In this document: positions 12,110-24,886 of the stretch, piece by piece
Layout: the number at the start of each line of letters is the position of its first letter
Position numbering within the stretch: the first letter of the stretch is position 1
DNA from: Moniliella sp. 'wahieum'
Lineage: Eukaryota
Direction of reading: 5' to 3'
Assembly (NCBI GenBank): GCA_003971905.1
Contig: RSEE01000033.1
Span: forward strand, 558,001-622,000
Length of the DNA stretch: 64,000 nt
The notes under the pieces: generated by a model
What the model was told of the DNA's origin: nothing
The model's database searches: none
Seen by the model: only the letters and a program-made list of their open reading frames with translations
Position numbers and translations under genes: made by a program

Positions 12110-13488
12110 ATGGACGCCGGAGGGCTGTCCAGGCGGCGCACGCATGGGCGCCGCACTTCCACACTCGACTCGGACGAGGACGAGGACCGCGCATCGCCGG
12201 TGCTGCGCAGGCCTTCCCCAACCACCGATCCCCTCCACCTATCCGAGCGTCCACATTGCGCCACTCCTACCAACTACCCGATTCAGACCACCCCATCGCA
12301 TTTGACCCACGCGACCTAGCGATGTGGATGGCCCCACAGGCCAGCCCCGGCCTCCCCGTCTGACCGTGATGGAAGAAGTGCTGTTGCTGGGATGAAGGAT
12401 CATGCCGGCTACCTCTCCTTTGGAACGACAGCATCTCTATTCGCTCCGGGGTGCCGTACTACTTGAGCTTGCCCTGCGTGGGCGGATTGGGATCGCCCAA
12501 GACCCACAACGCTATGACTGGCCTGTTCAAGAGCGGGGTTGGAGATTGTCTCGCGACAGCCAACGGGCGATGTGCTTCTGGACGAGACGCTGCGTCACAT
12601 GGCGCTGTACGAGTCGAAAAAGGCTGCATTGGGCATCTACAAACGCAAATCCTGTGTGCAGTGGACCGACGTGCTGGCGGGGGAAAACGTGGGACCCCAA
12701 CCAGATCACCTACCAGCTTCGCGCTGTCCGAGAACGTCTTGCCAAGGGTCTCGTCGACAAGGGTGTCTCCGCACCGAAAAGTCCACCATCCTCTTCTTCG
12801 ACATGACCACCCACCCCCTCGCGGACGTGGCGGCGAAGCAGGCGATAGTGCGTAGGGTGCACACCGTCCTGGTGCCGCCCAACGCCAATGGCGGGAAAGA
12901 CGATGCGCCTTCGCTGGGAATCAGCCCGGAATCCTCTATGGCGAAGAACGACACCCTGTGCCGTTCCGGGTTACCCGAGCCGTCTGCCTTGTCTGCGCGG
13001 CTCTGGCGGCAAATGTGCTGGAAAATGCGCTGACCAATCTCAGCTACACGCAACGAGAAGCTGCGTTTGAGCAGGCGGATGCTCTGATTGCAGAATTGGG
13101 GCAATGGCCCATGGCGCCAACAGTGTCAACGGGCAACATTGGGGATCCTCCCGCCCAATCGAATCGATGCCAGGGCGAGGTAACAGTGCGGACAGGAGGG
13201 GCAAGCGCGTCATGCCAGCAATCTTGCCGGAGGGAGCGTCGCTCAGTCCGAACCAGATGATTGGGCAGACGGTGGACGGTCCACCTCGGCCCTCAACGCT
13301 CTGCTAGCCCTGGTGCGTGAAGAAATGGATGAAACTGTTGGAGGGCCTGCAGTTGAAGCTCAATTCGAAGCGATCGCAGGCATCTTGGGTGCCTTGGCGC
13401 GCATGGATTGTTTGGTGCGTCTTCTGTCCTCTGAGTCAACATTCGGCTGGTGAGCCCACCTACTAACCTACCCCTCTTTCAGATCTGA
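12110..13488 (+). CDS. VPS74: Golgi phosphoprotein 3 / Vps74
   Basis: LTVMEEVLLLG, LRGAVLLELALRGRI, PTGDVLLDETL, VRERLAKGLVDKG, FFDMTTHP, AANVLENAL; terminal intron before the stop. Confidence 0.9.
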
Positions 13489-13672
13489 ACCTGCCAGGCC
13501 TAAGCAACTTTCCTTGCATGTCCATCCATGTACCTTCAAAAACGTACATTCCTAGTTTTGTCCGTGCCTTACGCGCCCATCGCGCTCGTTCTCAACTGCA
13601 GCCGACCAAAAATGTGATTTTCTACAATGCTCAAAACCGGCTTCTTCAAGGCTCCTGGTGCGCACTTGTGCA

Positions 13673-14868
13673 TTATCCCACCCGTTTTGCCCCGCGCACA
13701 GCCGCGCCAAAGCAGCTGAGGACCAAATCGCGCACCCCCTCTGGCGAGGTCGTGTCGCGAATCTTGAAGCGCACGCCCAATGCGACCTGGACATCGCGAA
13801 GCATCTGCACCGCCATAGGAGTGATCTGACTGCCCAACCGCACGCGCGACGCGTCCTCGGGGGCACAAGCCATGAGCAGCAACACCATTGCCTGGTGCGC
13901 CCGGTCTACGCATCCGCGCCCAGCGATTTCTGTCAGCAGCCCACGCGCGGCACGGGTGCCCACTTCTTCGGGCGTCTGTAGACCTTCGGTCGAGGGATCG
14001 GCAAGCGTCTCGGCGCAGTGCAGTGCGCCCGTCGTGGAAGTCGAAACAAGAGAAAGGGCGTACCCGGGCGATCTGGTTACAGGTCAGCACCGAATCGAAC
14101 AACTGAATTCAAAGAACTGCATACGCACTTGCCGCTGTCGTCCCCTTGTATACATCGGAAAAGAGGTAGAGATCCGGCACTAGCGGTTCAGCACCCCGCG
14201 GCTCGACTCGATCAATCGATTGGCCAGTTGAGGGCTGACCGCGCCGCCGACGCCACACCGCGAATCCGACGCACTTTGCCGGCGGACGTAAAGTCGAGCG
14301 TGCGGAGCAACGCCTGCTGCGCTTCCGCCGGCCGATGTCGATCCCGACGAAGGCAGCAAGGGGCAGGTGAAGGAAACTTCGCCCCCGCCGAGAGGAGGGT
14401 ACCCACGCTTGACAATCCTTAGCTCCAAGTTGGAGGCAGTCGAGCTAGTGGAGGGAGGAAGAAATAGTTGCAAGTGAGGAAGCGTGACAGTGCGCAACAA
14501 GTCAGCACCGAGCGAATCGGAAGCGGTTGTGACCCCGGTGAGAGTGAGGTGGACTTCCCGCTTAGCAAAAGGGCAAGAGGGATGATCCACTCGAGGTACC
14601 ACGAAATCGACTTCTCCACGGGACATCATGTGTAATTTTCCCGCCCCGCACGACACCCGGACGGAAAAAAATAGAAGTACCTGTATACCCAATCTCAATT
14701 TTGGATCCATTGGTGATCTTGTCCAACAGACGCAGGAAGGAGGCCTCTGGGGCGGTGAGGCCGGGCGAGACAGAGCTGGAGCGGATCCCATCGATGCGCA
14801 CAGCCCGCCAGAGAGCACGGCAAGGGCAAGACGCTGCCGGAGGAATGCTGCGCCCTGAATTTGAGCAT
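13673..14868 (-). CDS. RCL1: RNA 3'-terminal phosphate cyclase-like protein (18S rRNA processing)
   Basis: LRQRLALAVLSG, PGLTAPEASFLRLLDKITNGSKIEIGYTGT, KRGYPPLGGGEV, GKVRRIRGVA, GCVDRAHQ..LLLM. Confidence 0.92.
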
Positions 14869-15314
14869 GCGCGAGGCCGCCGCCTCGGTTGCCTCGGAAA
14901 GCGCTCGGTTTTCGCTTCTCCCCATGGCGAGATGAGGTGGATGGTCGTTGTCGGGGGCGAGGGATCAGCAAGCGCTAAGCGGAGCGGCGCGAGAAAAAAA
15001 AGACAGGCCAGGCCGTTCGGTGCAATGGGAAACGCGACTACTTAATTCATTCCGCCAGCCGCTGCTCTTGTTTCACTAGTCACTAGTGAGGGCTGACGCA
15101 TCGACGGTTTCAACATTCACTTGCCGTCGTTGCGAGTTGCTGGCCAAGCTATACCGCTGCTTTCATTCCGCCCCGAGCGGAAGGGGGCACCTTCGCATTC
15201 GACTGGGGGCTGGCCCGGCCTGCCTGAGCTGGCTGAGCCTCGCTCTCACCCCTCCTTCTACTGCTAACCCACCCCGCCCCGCCAACGAGCTTGTCCGATC
15301 GACTCTTACCCAGC

Positions 15315-15714
15315 ATGGCGTCAGTAGTAACAGGCATGCCGGTCAACCGCATTCTGCGGGACATGAACCGTCGCACCAATTCGCTTCCAACGAGCTGATG
15401 CGCATGACGTACAAGTACATTGCTCGCAACACCACCCTCCGCCGCCTGTGCGGCACCAGGCCCAGCTGAAGCTCAACGAGTTCCCTAAGAACGCTGCCCG
15501 GCCGTCTTCAAGTCGCGCTGCACACTCGGGCAAGGGCCATTCCGTCTTCACCAACGTTGGCCTGTCTCGGGTATGTGCGACTCCCCTTCGCGTCTCCTTG
15601 GCTTGTTTGGCTGCTTGATATTAACCTCCATCTTTTCGTCTCTCCTAGCCCCAATTCCGCCACCAAGCAGCACTCGCTGGCATGATTCCCGGCGTGGAGA
15701 AGGCGTCCTGGTAA
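15315..15714 (+). CDS. MRP2: Mitochondrial ribosomal protein uS14m
   Basis: RILRDMNRR..ELMRMTYKYIARNTTL..AQLKLNEFP..GLSR [intron ~15571-15648] QFR..G.IPGVEKASW*. Confidence 0.85.
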
Positions 15715-16259
15715 TTGGCCGCAATATGACGATGCAATTAGGATTTGATGCTCGCCATCGGGTCAAGAGGGACCCACTATTCGTAGTGTTGTTGGGTCCG
15801 ATGGGGAAGGGGTTGCGGATTGACGTCTCCTAACGTCGGATGAGATCGGCTGAAATCTAACCCCTTTCTTACTTACGAACGCTGCCATTCGGCCTGGGGT
15901 AGATTGGCCAGTGCAAGTGGGCTGGCATTCAATGACCAGCTTCGGTACAGAACCACAAGGAGGGACAAACTCACGGTGGACTCAAATAACGACAGTCAAC
16001 AGTGGCACCGACTCTGAACCAATAGCAATCCTTCGCATGCCGGAAGGGGAGTGGAATAAGGGACACGACTCTACTAAATGGTGCGGGAGGAAGGAGACGG
16101 TAAAGAGTGTGGATAGGCGGGACCGGATTAGATATTTACACACGATGAACAAGGGGAAGGCGAGGAGCAGTATGACCAGGGAAGCTTCAAGGTCAAGCTC
16201 AGGGTCAGGACCAGGGTCAGGATCGGGCCCTGAATTGGAACCTGAACGGATCCGGGTCA

Positions 16260-18810
16260 TTAGCCGTGACTAGTGAGAGACCAGCTGCTGAGGGCGACCG
16301 ATGGTGGCTGCGCGTGGTCGGCAACTGCTCAAGTCGTCCCACTGAGGCTGGACACACACCTCGATCGTCTGCTGCGAGCCGGGTTTGAGGTCAATCTTGA
16401 GAACCGATACCCCGACGTTGGTCGGATTGCCTGGCAAGTTGTCGGCCATCGCGCCCGGTCCCCAGGAAGAACCAGCGGGGGAGCCCTCGGTGCTGAAGGT
16501 AGCACCCGCAGGGCTAAGATCGATACATTCATCACCTTGGGCTTGGCAAAGGTGTAGCTAACACCAATAGCCGTTGGGATCGGTTACGTTGGTCAGGGTC
16601 AAGGTAGCATTGGCACCGAGAGGGAGATGGTTGCGTTGGTTTGCATACGCCACTCAATCGACGACTTTCCCACTCCGGCAGCAATCTCATCTCGAAGCAA
16701 CACCTGCCGCCGGGCATTGAGGACGCGGATGCCACGCACCACCTTGCCCGTTTGATTTGTATGCCGAACTCATATCGGTGATAAAGTAGGCATTGTCCCC
16801 GGTGCTGGGGAGAAGTTGATGTCACTCGATTGGGTAGTGTTGGTGGTACCAAACTTGTTAACCGGCGCACATTCACCTGTTGGTTCGCCCCATCAATCAA
16901 AAGTGTGTTTTGGCCGGCGGTGCCCTTGCGGTAGTTACGTCCAGCGCTGCGCTTGCTCCGTCTCGGACGCAAAGTAGCCCGGAGACAAGTACTGTGCCGA
17001 ACCATACTCGCCTGCAAACCGAGTCCCAACGCATCAATCACAAAGTCACCCCATCCAGGTCTCCATGGGTCTGATGCCCTGTCAGATTGGATGCCTTCAT
17101 CGCTACGTACAACCCGGTAAAGTCGGTCCAAGAGGAGCGCATTGACATCCACGAGCCGCGTGGTCGGGGAAATAGCGGTCCAGAGGAAGACCGTTCCAAA
17201 AGGCGCCGGTGGCCGAGTGTCGTACCAAAACACGCCAAGGGTCGCCCATTGCATCGGCCCGATCCCGTTGGAAAAGCGTGAGGAGCGGTTGCTTGTACTG
17301 GTTCCCCCACCAAAGCATACCATTGGCGTTGGTGGAAAACTTGTTGGGCCCATGATCACCGTAGGCCATCATGCCCGCCATGCCCGACACGTACATGTGG
17401 AAGTACCCCGTCTGTAGAAGTCCGGGTTCACCCCCTGGTTGCTGCCAGTTGCAGTGACCAGGGGACTCGGCGCGGGCAGCGGCGTTGGTTCCAAAGTACC
17501 AGTAGTTGGGTGTTTCGGCCCAGGTGCCGTCCGAGTAAGGACCTTGGAAACGTTGGCGGTAATGTTGGCCAGGGCTAGGTTGAGCACCTGGGAGCCCGTT
17601 TTGGCGGGATCGTCCCCATCGTCCCCGCTGGCCAAGGCACCCAGGATCAGGCCCGAATTCGACACGCATCCAGTTCCCATTCCCATTCGAAGCTTCTGCC
17701 CACCAACCGATACTTCCGTTGCCCTTGCAGCGCGGATAAGCCGGGGTCAGTCCAAGGCTGATGATGCCCACCGCAGCGCTTGGAGCTGAGTTGCATTCCA
17801 TGCATCATGAAGCCAATCGTAGCCAATGGCAAAGCGGCAGTCATCTCGCCGGTATCAAGAAGTGGATCGGATTCCAGTGCTGATCCGGCAACGGCGCCGG
17901 CCCTTGTCCAAATGGGGTAGACGTATTTCCTGCGCGGTCAGCAAGCTCATCCAAGCTCGATCCACCCACTTGGTATCCTTGCTCATGCGGTATGCGTACG
18001 CAAACCCCGGATCCGTCGTTGCACTTCCCGCGACACGTCCAGCACACCCGAGCCGGCATACCCTCCATCGATGCTGTAGTTGGTTACAGGCATGCTGTAC
18101 CACGCCGATGCATTGGCAAATACAGAGTCGTTCATCGCCGTCAGGTAGGCGTCATGTTGAATCCTCTGTTCCGTTCCTCCCACATGTACCCAGTGCCATG
18201 AGACGAGGGTGGGCACGCAGGTTGGTCAAGGACAGACCGGAGGAATCATCGTGGCACGCCACAGCAGGATTGCCGTTTCCGTAGGACGGCCGTGTTGGCC
18301 GTCTTCAGGAACATGGGGTTCCCATACAGTCGGTCGAACCAGAGAAGAGATCGTCCACCTTGCCCGCCGAGGCGTGGCTGTTGGCTAACGACGTGAGGGC
18401 AGGATTATCAATCTGGGTACTTCCTCCCTGAGATGCGCCATTGGCGGCACGTGAAGACGTGTTCTTCTTGGACGCGTGCGAGCCAAAGTAGCCACCCAGC
18501 ACGGCGGCCGCAATGATAACGATGGCCAGAGGGGGAGAAAGACAGTGAGCCACTTGGATGGCCGCTTCTTGCCGGGGGTGGGGGCGTTGTAGGCATACTT
18601 GGGGGTCGAGTATCCGGGGGCGGCAAGGTGCTCGTTGGAAGCGCTGGGTGGATACGCATTGTTGTATCCCGAGCCAGTGTCGAGGTAGTAGTTGCTCGTG
18701 TCCTCCTGCTTGAAGAACGCGCCCTGGGACGCACTGGCGTCGTAGGGTTCCTGGGCATAGCCGGCCTGGCTGTAGTCAGCGGCGTTGTTGTGCCAGTAGG
18801 GCTGGGCCAT
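16260..18810 (-). CDS. Type II membrane heparinase II/III-like polysaccharide lyase
   Basis: Tyr/Pro-rich N-terminus, basic KKRP, a single hydrophobic anchor (LAIVIIAAAVLGGYFG), then DGTWAETPNYWYFGT, YGDHGPNKFS, HQTHGDLD..DFVIDALG, YRKGTAGQNTLLI. Many frameshifts. Confidence 0.75.
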
Positions 18811-19752
18811 GGGCTGGGCCCGCACGCAGGAGTGGTGGTGGTGGTGGTGGTGAGGAAGAGGGGCAGGGGAGGCACGAGTGCAGCTGCTCGCCCTGCTGGC
18901 GCTCGTGCCTGGCTGTCGGGGGGCGGGATGGTCGATGGCTGGGCAGCATGGGCACGATGTACGCCGGGCAGAAAATATGGAATGGGGGGCGGGGCAGGAG
19001 GGCGCAGGAGCACATCCCACACCCGATCTGTTCCCGCGCACAGCGCCAGTGTGCGCTGTTGCAGCTTCAAGCTGCACCCCCCAGGGGCTAGCACTGGCGA
19101 GGCAGCGCTACGCCTGCGGCAGGCGATCACGCACCAGGCACCACACCAGTCTGCCAGCCACCGCGGCTCGGCGCATCAGGCTCAGATCTCTCAGAATTGA
19201 GCTCACCGCGGTACCTGGCCTCAGTGCCTCAGTACTGCCCGGTGCCTGCCTGCGTTCCTCACCCTCCCTTTGCGCGCCCTGCACCACACACTGCTCCTGT
19301 GCCAGGCCCGGCGAGATGCCATGTGACCAACACGTGATCGCGTGGTAACATGGTAACCGCATCCGGTAACCGGTAACCGCGGTAATGCAATTGCCAAGCT
19401 AATGGCGAGGAATCACTAGCTAGTGACTGGTGCCTAGTGAGTATACTGAGTATAAAAGTCCTCAGTTACTACGAGTACTCAGTAGGAGCTCAACCGCTAG
19501 TTAGTGATCGAGTATTCTACAGAGAACGCTAATTCCAACTCCAACATTCAACCTGACGCGCTCAGACGCTGCATCGCTGCTAACATCCATCTCTCGCAGC
19601 CCTCGGCTATCGGAGTGCTGTGCCCTGCTGCGGCGCGCACGTGTTGTTGGTGCCGCCGCCCACGCACACAACGCCGCTGGTATCCAACCCTTCCCTATCC
19701 TAACCCTCCATTCGTCCACGCCAGATTGTGCCATCTGGCATATTCCATTTCC

Positions 19753-21002
19753 TTACTCGAGGCCTGCCGTGTCCGGATGCTGAAACGGCATGCGGAAAAA
19801 GTCACCGGGCGGCAGACGGCCGCCCCGAATGTTGACTTGCAAACTGGGATGGAGCAACTTGGGCGCTGCCAGCGTCTTGTCACGAGCACGACGCAGTTCC
19901 AGAAAGTGCTGTTCGCGGCACGAGGGCTCAATCTCGTCTGGGCGGTCAAGAAGGGAGGGGCAGCCTGTGCCACGGAGATGAATGTTGGACCGGCGCTGCT
20001 CGGCCACCGTTGTCCGGTCTTGGGGAGGCCGCGGAGCGGGAGGGTAGTCGTGCCCCACATACACAAGCGTGTCGTCCGGCAAGGACAAGATGGCCATTAG
20101 CGACGCATAGAGGCTCTCTGCCGAGCCTCCGGGAAAGTCGGCTCGTGCCGACCCCACATCAGGCAGAAAGATTACGTCGCCGCAAAAGAGGTGTTTGCCA
20201 ATCAGGTAGCCCGAATGATCAGGCGTATGCCCGGGGAGGTGCAACACGGCACAGGTCGTGCCACCAAAACTAAAGCTATCTGTCGCGCCATGCAGCGACC
20301 CAACCGGGGCGGGGCCAGCGCGAAAGAGCACATCAAAGTCTTCCAGTTCGGTGGCAAGGCCGTACCGCGGCCCAAAGCGGGATTGGACCTGGGCGATGCC
20401 TGCGCCAATACACACGGGCACTGGATTTCGGGTCGCGGCGAGTCCCTGAAGGAGAGTTGCGATTGAAGATAATGCGCAGCGGTGAGGTGGTCTGCGTGGG
20501 CGTGCGTTTCGAGAAGGCGGCTGACCTTGTACCCCTTTTCTTGAAGGAGGGAGAGGACGCATCCGCCGACTCGGTCGTGACCGTCTGGTTTCCCGGGTCA
20601 TAGTCCAAGCAGGGATCGATGATGACGCACGTCTCCGAATCCTGGCCGACCACGACGTACGTCCAAGTACTGGTAGGACCATGAAAGAGCCCATGGATCG
20701 CTGGCTGCCCGGGGTCCGAGTAAAAGGTACTGTGCTCGTAATGTCCTCCTACTGGGGACGGAGCCGTGGCCACAGTTTCCTTGAGGCCCAAGTCTCGGCC
20801 CAAATCAAGAGGGGAAGCGGCAGGAGTCAAGGGTGACCGAGAAACCGGAATCGCTTGGGCGGAGGCAGATGCCGTAGCAAGCCGCCGTGCCAGGCTGGGT
20901 GTGAGGGGCAAGGCTGGCGTGGTCGGTATCCTGGCCCGAACACCGCGGCCCAAAGCCGGGGCGAGGCGAGGAAGGGTGGGAAGGAATGGGCGGGGTACCA
21001 TG
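19753..21002 (-). CDS. Metallo-beta-lactamase fold persulfide dioxygenase (ETHE1/Sdo-like), probably mitochondrial
   Basis: TSTWTYVV, IIDPCLDYD, ETHAHADH, PGHTPDH, FCGDVIFLPDVGSARADFPGGSA, VGHDYPP, PSLQVNIRGGRLP; Arg-rich presequence. Confidence 0.85.
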
Positions 21003-21488
21003 ATGGAGGGGATGAGAACTGATGAAGAGGCAGAGGCGAGAAGGGGGTCCATAGCGCCTCCGATCCCTGTCTATTTTAATGAGATCTGAGATGATCGATG
21101 ACTCGCCCCCAAGCGGTAGGAGGAGCAAGAGGAGACCAATAGAATGATAGCAGGTTGTACGTGCTGAGGCTTCACTGAGGTTAGTGCCCGTCACGCGTTG
21201 CGTCGTCGTCAGCGTCATAGACGACTCGATTCGCTTGCAGGGCAATCTCGCCGGGCCCGGCCACTTTTCCCAGCATCATGCACATGCACCAGTTATCGAT
21301 TATCACCGATGGTCTCGGCCAAAGTCTACCATGGATTGCAGTGTTATGTAAGTATCGTCATAAACCCCACAGTCAAAAAGTGGCCGAACAAGTAAATGAT
21401 GCTCGAGGCCTGGGGCTGAGTCCGGCAGAAATATGGCACGCGTTGGAGCTACACACCCTACCGATCAAGCGCTTTCGCGCCCGAGCAC

Positions 21489-22650
21489 ATGGGAGCCACC
21501 CTCTTCACATGGGACCGTGCGGATGTGCAACTCGGACCACAGAAACTGGCTTTTGATGCGTCACCAACCACACCTGTAAAAGAGCCATCCACACTACATC
21601 CAGATCGACAAAAGCACAACTCAAAGTCCACCGGCCGAATAACCGCTCACGCATTAGCTGCTCTGTGTGGGAAGAATCGTATATACCCGACGAGACCGTT
21701 GTCATCGCCGTCTACAGACTGGGATCTCCCATCTTCCCCTCCATCTACCTCAATCGTTCTCCGCGCTTGCGCTTCCAACACAGCCAACCGTACACTGCTG
21801 ACAGTCAAAAATGATCAAGTTGGGGAAGCCCACCGACGTGGTGAAGCGAACACGCTCAAGTGGCACCTCCTTGCCATCAGCTTTGTTACCGGCCTGCTGG
21901 ATGCGACGACATACGGCGACTTGCAGCTGTTTGCATCCAATCAGACCGGAAACACCATCATCTTATTTGTGCTGGTATTGGGGAGGAAACCTGGTGAGTT
22001 TGCCAACTATCCAGACCTACTCCCCACTGGCGTTTCCCTTGCTACTTTTCTCGTCATGGGCTTCTATGGGGTCGAGCCGGATTGCGCGCTGGCCCACGAA
22101 AAAGGTGGTGGCAAGTGTTTTCTCTTTTGTTTCAAGCGAGCATGCTTCTTCTTCTTGCCATTTGCTCGACAGGAATGTCATCCGCCCCGGTCTCCGAGTG
22201 GGTCATGGGAGGAGGAGAAACGATGCGGCCTTGGCGTGTCTGTTGGCTGCACCATCGGGTGCCCAAGTAGCGCTGGCGCGTTCTTCAGGCATCTCGGAAA
22301 TTCCCACGGCCATGCTCACCTCTCCGTACATCGACTTTTTCGTCGACCCTACCCTCTGGTCCCATCCTTGGAAGGTGGAAGATCCTAAGGTCAAAACGCT
22401 AATACCCGAGCTCTTTATCTCTTCTGCATCATCTCTGGCTCGGTCATCGGTGCCCGATTCATCGCCATGCCTCCACCTCGGCAGCGCTGTACCTCGCCTT
22501 TGGTCTACGCCTCCTAGGTGCGATTGCCACTCTGTTTTTCCCAACCTACCCTCCCGAAGCGTACTCGATCGATAAAGGCAAGCCCTAGAGTCAAAAGTCA
22601 AAAAAATACAATGTCGTAACCAAAGGCTGCAAACTCTTCCAGCAGGCTGA
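21489..22650 (+). CDS. DUF1275 (YoaK-like) multi-pass membrane protein
   Basis: SFVTGLLDATTY..FASNQTGNT and EIPTAMLTSPY.D..DP motifs plus hydrophobic helices. 3' end approximate. Confidence 0.75.
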
Positions 22651-22969
22651 CGCGCGGACGCAGCAATAGTAGGGTAGATCACAGCTGTGCACCTGTTGGC
22701 TCCATCTGTGGATGCCACCACAGCAATTGTGCGTTGAGATGGTTAACAAAAAGTATACAACCTCGGATTGGCCTCCACAGTCCGGCGCTCAATAACGTTT
22801 CTCTCGACGCAAATATATAGTGTTGAGTCACTGGATGGCTCGTGCTTTGACTAGCGTCCCTTCAGTTTCGCCTCAGACCTATAGGAGTTCCGTTGCTTTC
22901 ACTCGCCTGTTTTCCTTGTTCCGCAGCTTAGCCCCTGGCGGCGACTCGCTGCTTGATGTTCCTCTATAG

Positions 22970-23050
22970 TATAGGCGTTGTTGGTTGGCTATAGGCGTTG
23001 TTGGTTGGCTATAGGCGTTGTTGGTTGGCTATAGGCGTTGTTGGTTGGCT
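22970..23050. repeat. 20-bp minisatellite (TATAGGCGTTGTTGGTTGGC) x4
   Basis: Four perfect tandem copies. Confidence 0.95.
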
Positions 23051-23059
23051 TAGACCGCC

Positions 23060-23690
23060 CCCGCCACCACCACAACCACTAGTGCCATTGCATCACCCTC
23101 GAGAGGACCATCAGGACCCCAGATCTCCTCATCACGTTATCATTGAACCGAGAGGTTGTGGAGAGGAACGGAAAAGAAGCGCGATAGGCGAGAACGTACT
23201 TGCGGACTGTTGAAGACCACTAACGCAGTGGGGGTCCCGGAGTGTTTGATGGACCACCAACGGAGGTAGACCACACCTTTTGAGGGGATGGAGAAGGAGG
23301 AATGCCAGACATAAGTTCCGGACGGTGGTGCCCAAGGAGATGTCCACACGCCTCTGTGAAACACAGAGAGAAGTCTACTTGCATTATATCGGCTGCTCCA
23401 CACGGAGCGCGAAAAACGACCGCCACAGGTACCAGGAACACCCACGATCCCATCTTCCCCCCCCTGAGGACCTGAGGCCTGACCTTGTTACGGGCTCCGG
23501 TGGACCCGAGATGGTCCGATCCAAGCTAAGGCCCGCCTGCCCTCGTCCCTCGCTCCGCGCGGATCCACTAACTAGCCCAAGCCCGAAACTACCGTGAGTC
23601 GACCTACCCTCTCCTAAGGGATCGTATACGGATCGTATACCCCCAAACCCCGGGCGTGCCCCCGGGCCGCCCCGTGACAGACCTAAGTAA
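23060..23690 (+). mobile_element. Possible 3' relic of a LINE-like element
   Basis: Broken frames give CHC...SPHHVIIE..C.EER, resembling a C-terminal CCHC knuckle, followed by UTR-like sequence. Weak. Confidence 0.35.
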
Positions 23691-24886
23691 TGCTTGACGC
23701 GCGCTTGACGATACCAATGAGCTGTGCCACGAAGCCTGCTAAGACCATGTTTCACAACTGGACCGAACTACTGTGGCTGACGCGCTGACAGCTGACACAA
23801 GCCCCGTTAACGTGTAACGTGTAACGTTTAACTCAGTACTCACTAGCTACTCACTAGCTGGAGAAACGCCTATGCGCTCTTATATCGTGGCTGATGTGAG
23901 CGCTATATATGCATGTCAGGCCTTTTTGTCGAGTCGGGATCCACTCGGGCTATCCATCCAATTCGGAGGGAGAGGCGGGCGGGAGCGAGCATGTCCGGCC
24001 CTGCTGGCAACGCCATTGGCATCCTAAAATCTAGGGGACCAAAAACTGCAGCCACGCCGGGGATGAGGGAATTGTCACCTGCCGCGCGCGCTGGGGGAAT
24101 GGAGTGATGAGTACGCTGGGGCGCGGCAGGCCCATACAGAAGGTGGCGGCTGTAGAAGCGACTTGTTGAGAGAGAAGGGGCAGAGGCGGTGGCGGTAGAC
24201 TGGAGCGCGGGCGCACCTGTGCTGGGACCAACACGCGGGAGAGCGAGGACACGAGCTTGGGCCGGCGTGCCCAGGCGTGCTGCTAACCCGCTGCCTTCGA
24301 TTCGGACCGACGTGGAGCGGCGAGGCGGCGGCGGACACACTGGCGCCAGGCTCACGTGGCACCGATCGACACGGCATGCACCGTGCCACCCACCGCTCCC
24401 CGCCGGTCACCTGACCAGCTTGGCCAGGGTGGATCTGCGGGCAGCCCGCATGCCACAGCGCCCGTGGCGGCGCTGTGCCCCTGCGCCTGCTGTGCCCCCG
24501 CGCCGGGTGGCCGCCAACCCAACATGCACACCGGCAGTGCGCAGCAACACTTGCCCTGCGCCCCAGCCACGCCCAAGTGGTGTGGTGCCGGGGCAGTGGT
24601 GACGCTACCGCTGATCGCGACGCGTGATTCTGCCAGGAGGTGGCCCACTGGAGCACAACAGGCGCCGCGCCGCGGCCTGCCGGGCAGGCGGCCGCCACGA
24701 GCCGCTTCGCCCTGGGCATCTCTGCTGCCCACGGCGACGACTGCCATCACCATCACCACCACCACCACCACCGCCCCCACCTTCTCCCCCCCCCCTCTCT
24801 TCCCATCGCTCTCTACCGTCGCTGCTGTGCTGTGCGAGCCCGCGTTCGTGTATCCGTTCGTCCTCGCCGCCGCCGCCTAGCCCGCC

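Noticed and set aside
16186..16260. 6-bp TCAGGA/CCAGGG run
   Set aside because: Ordinary short degenerate microsatellite just past the lyase stop codon.
23215..23295. Twister-ribozyme-like words (TAAC, GGTCCC, GAGGGG)
   Set aside because: I could not build the required stems and pseudoknots.
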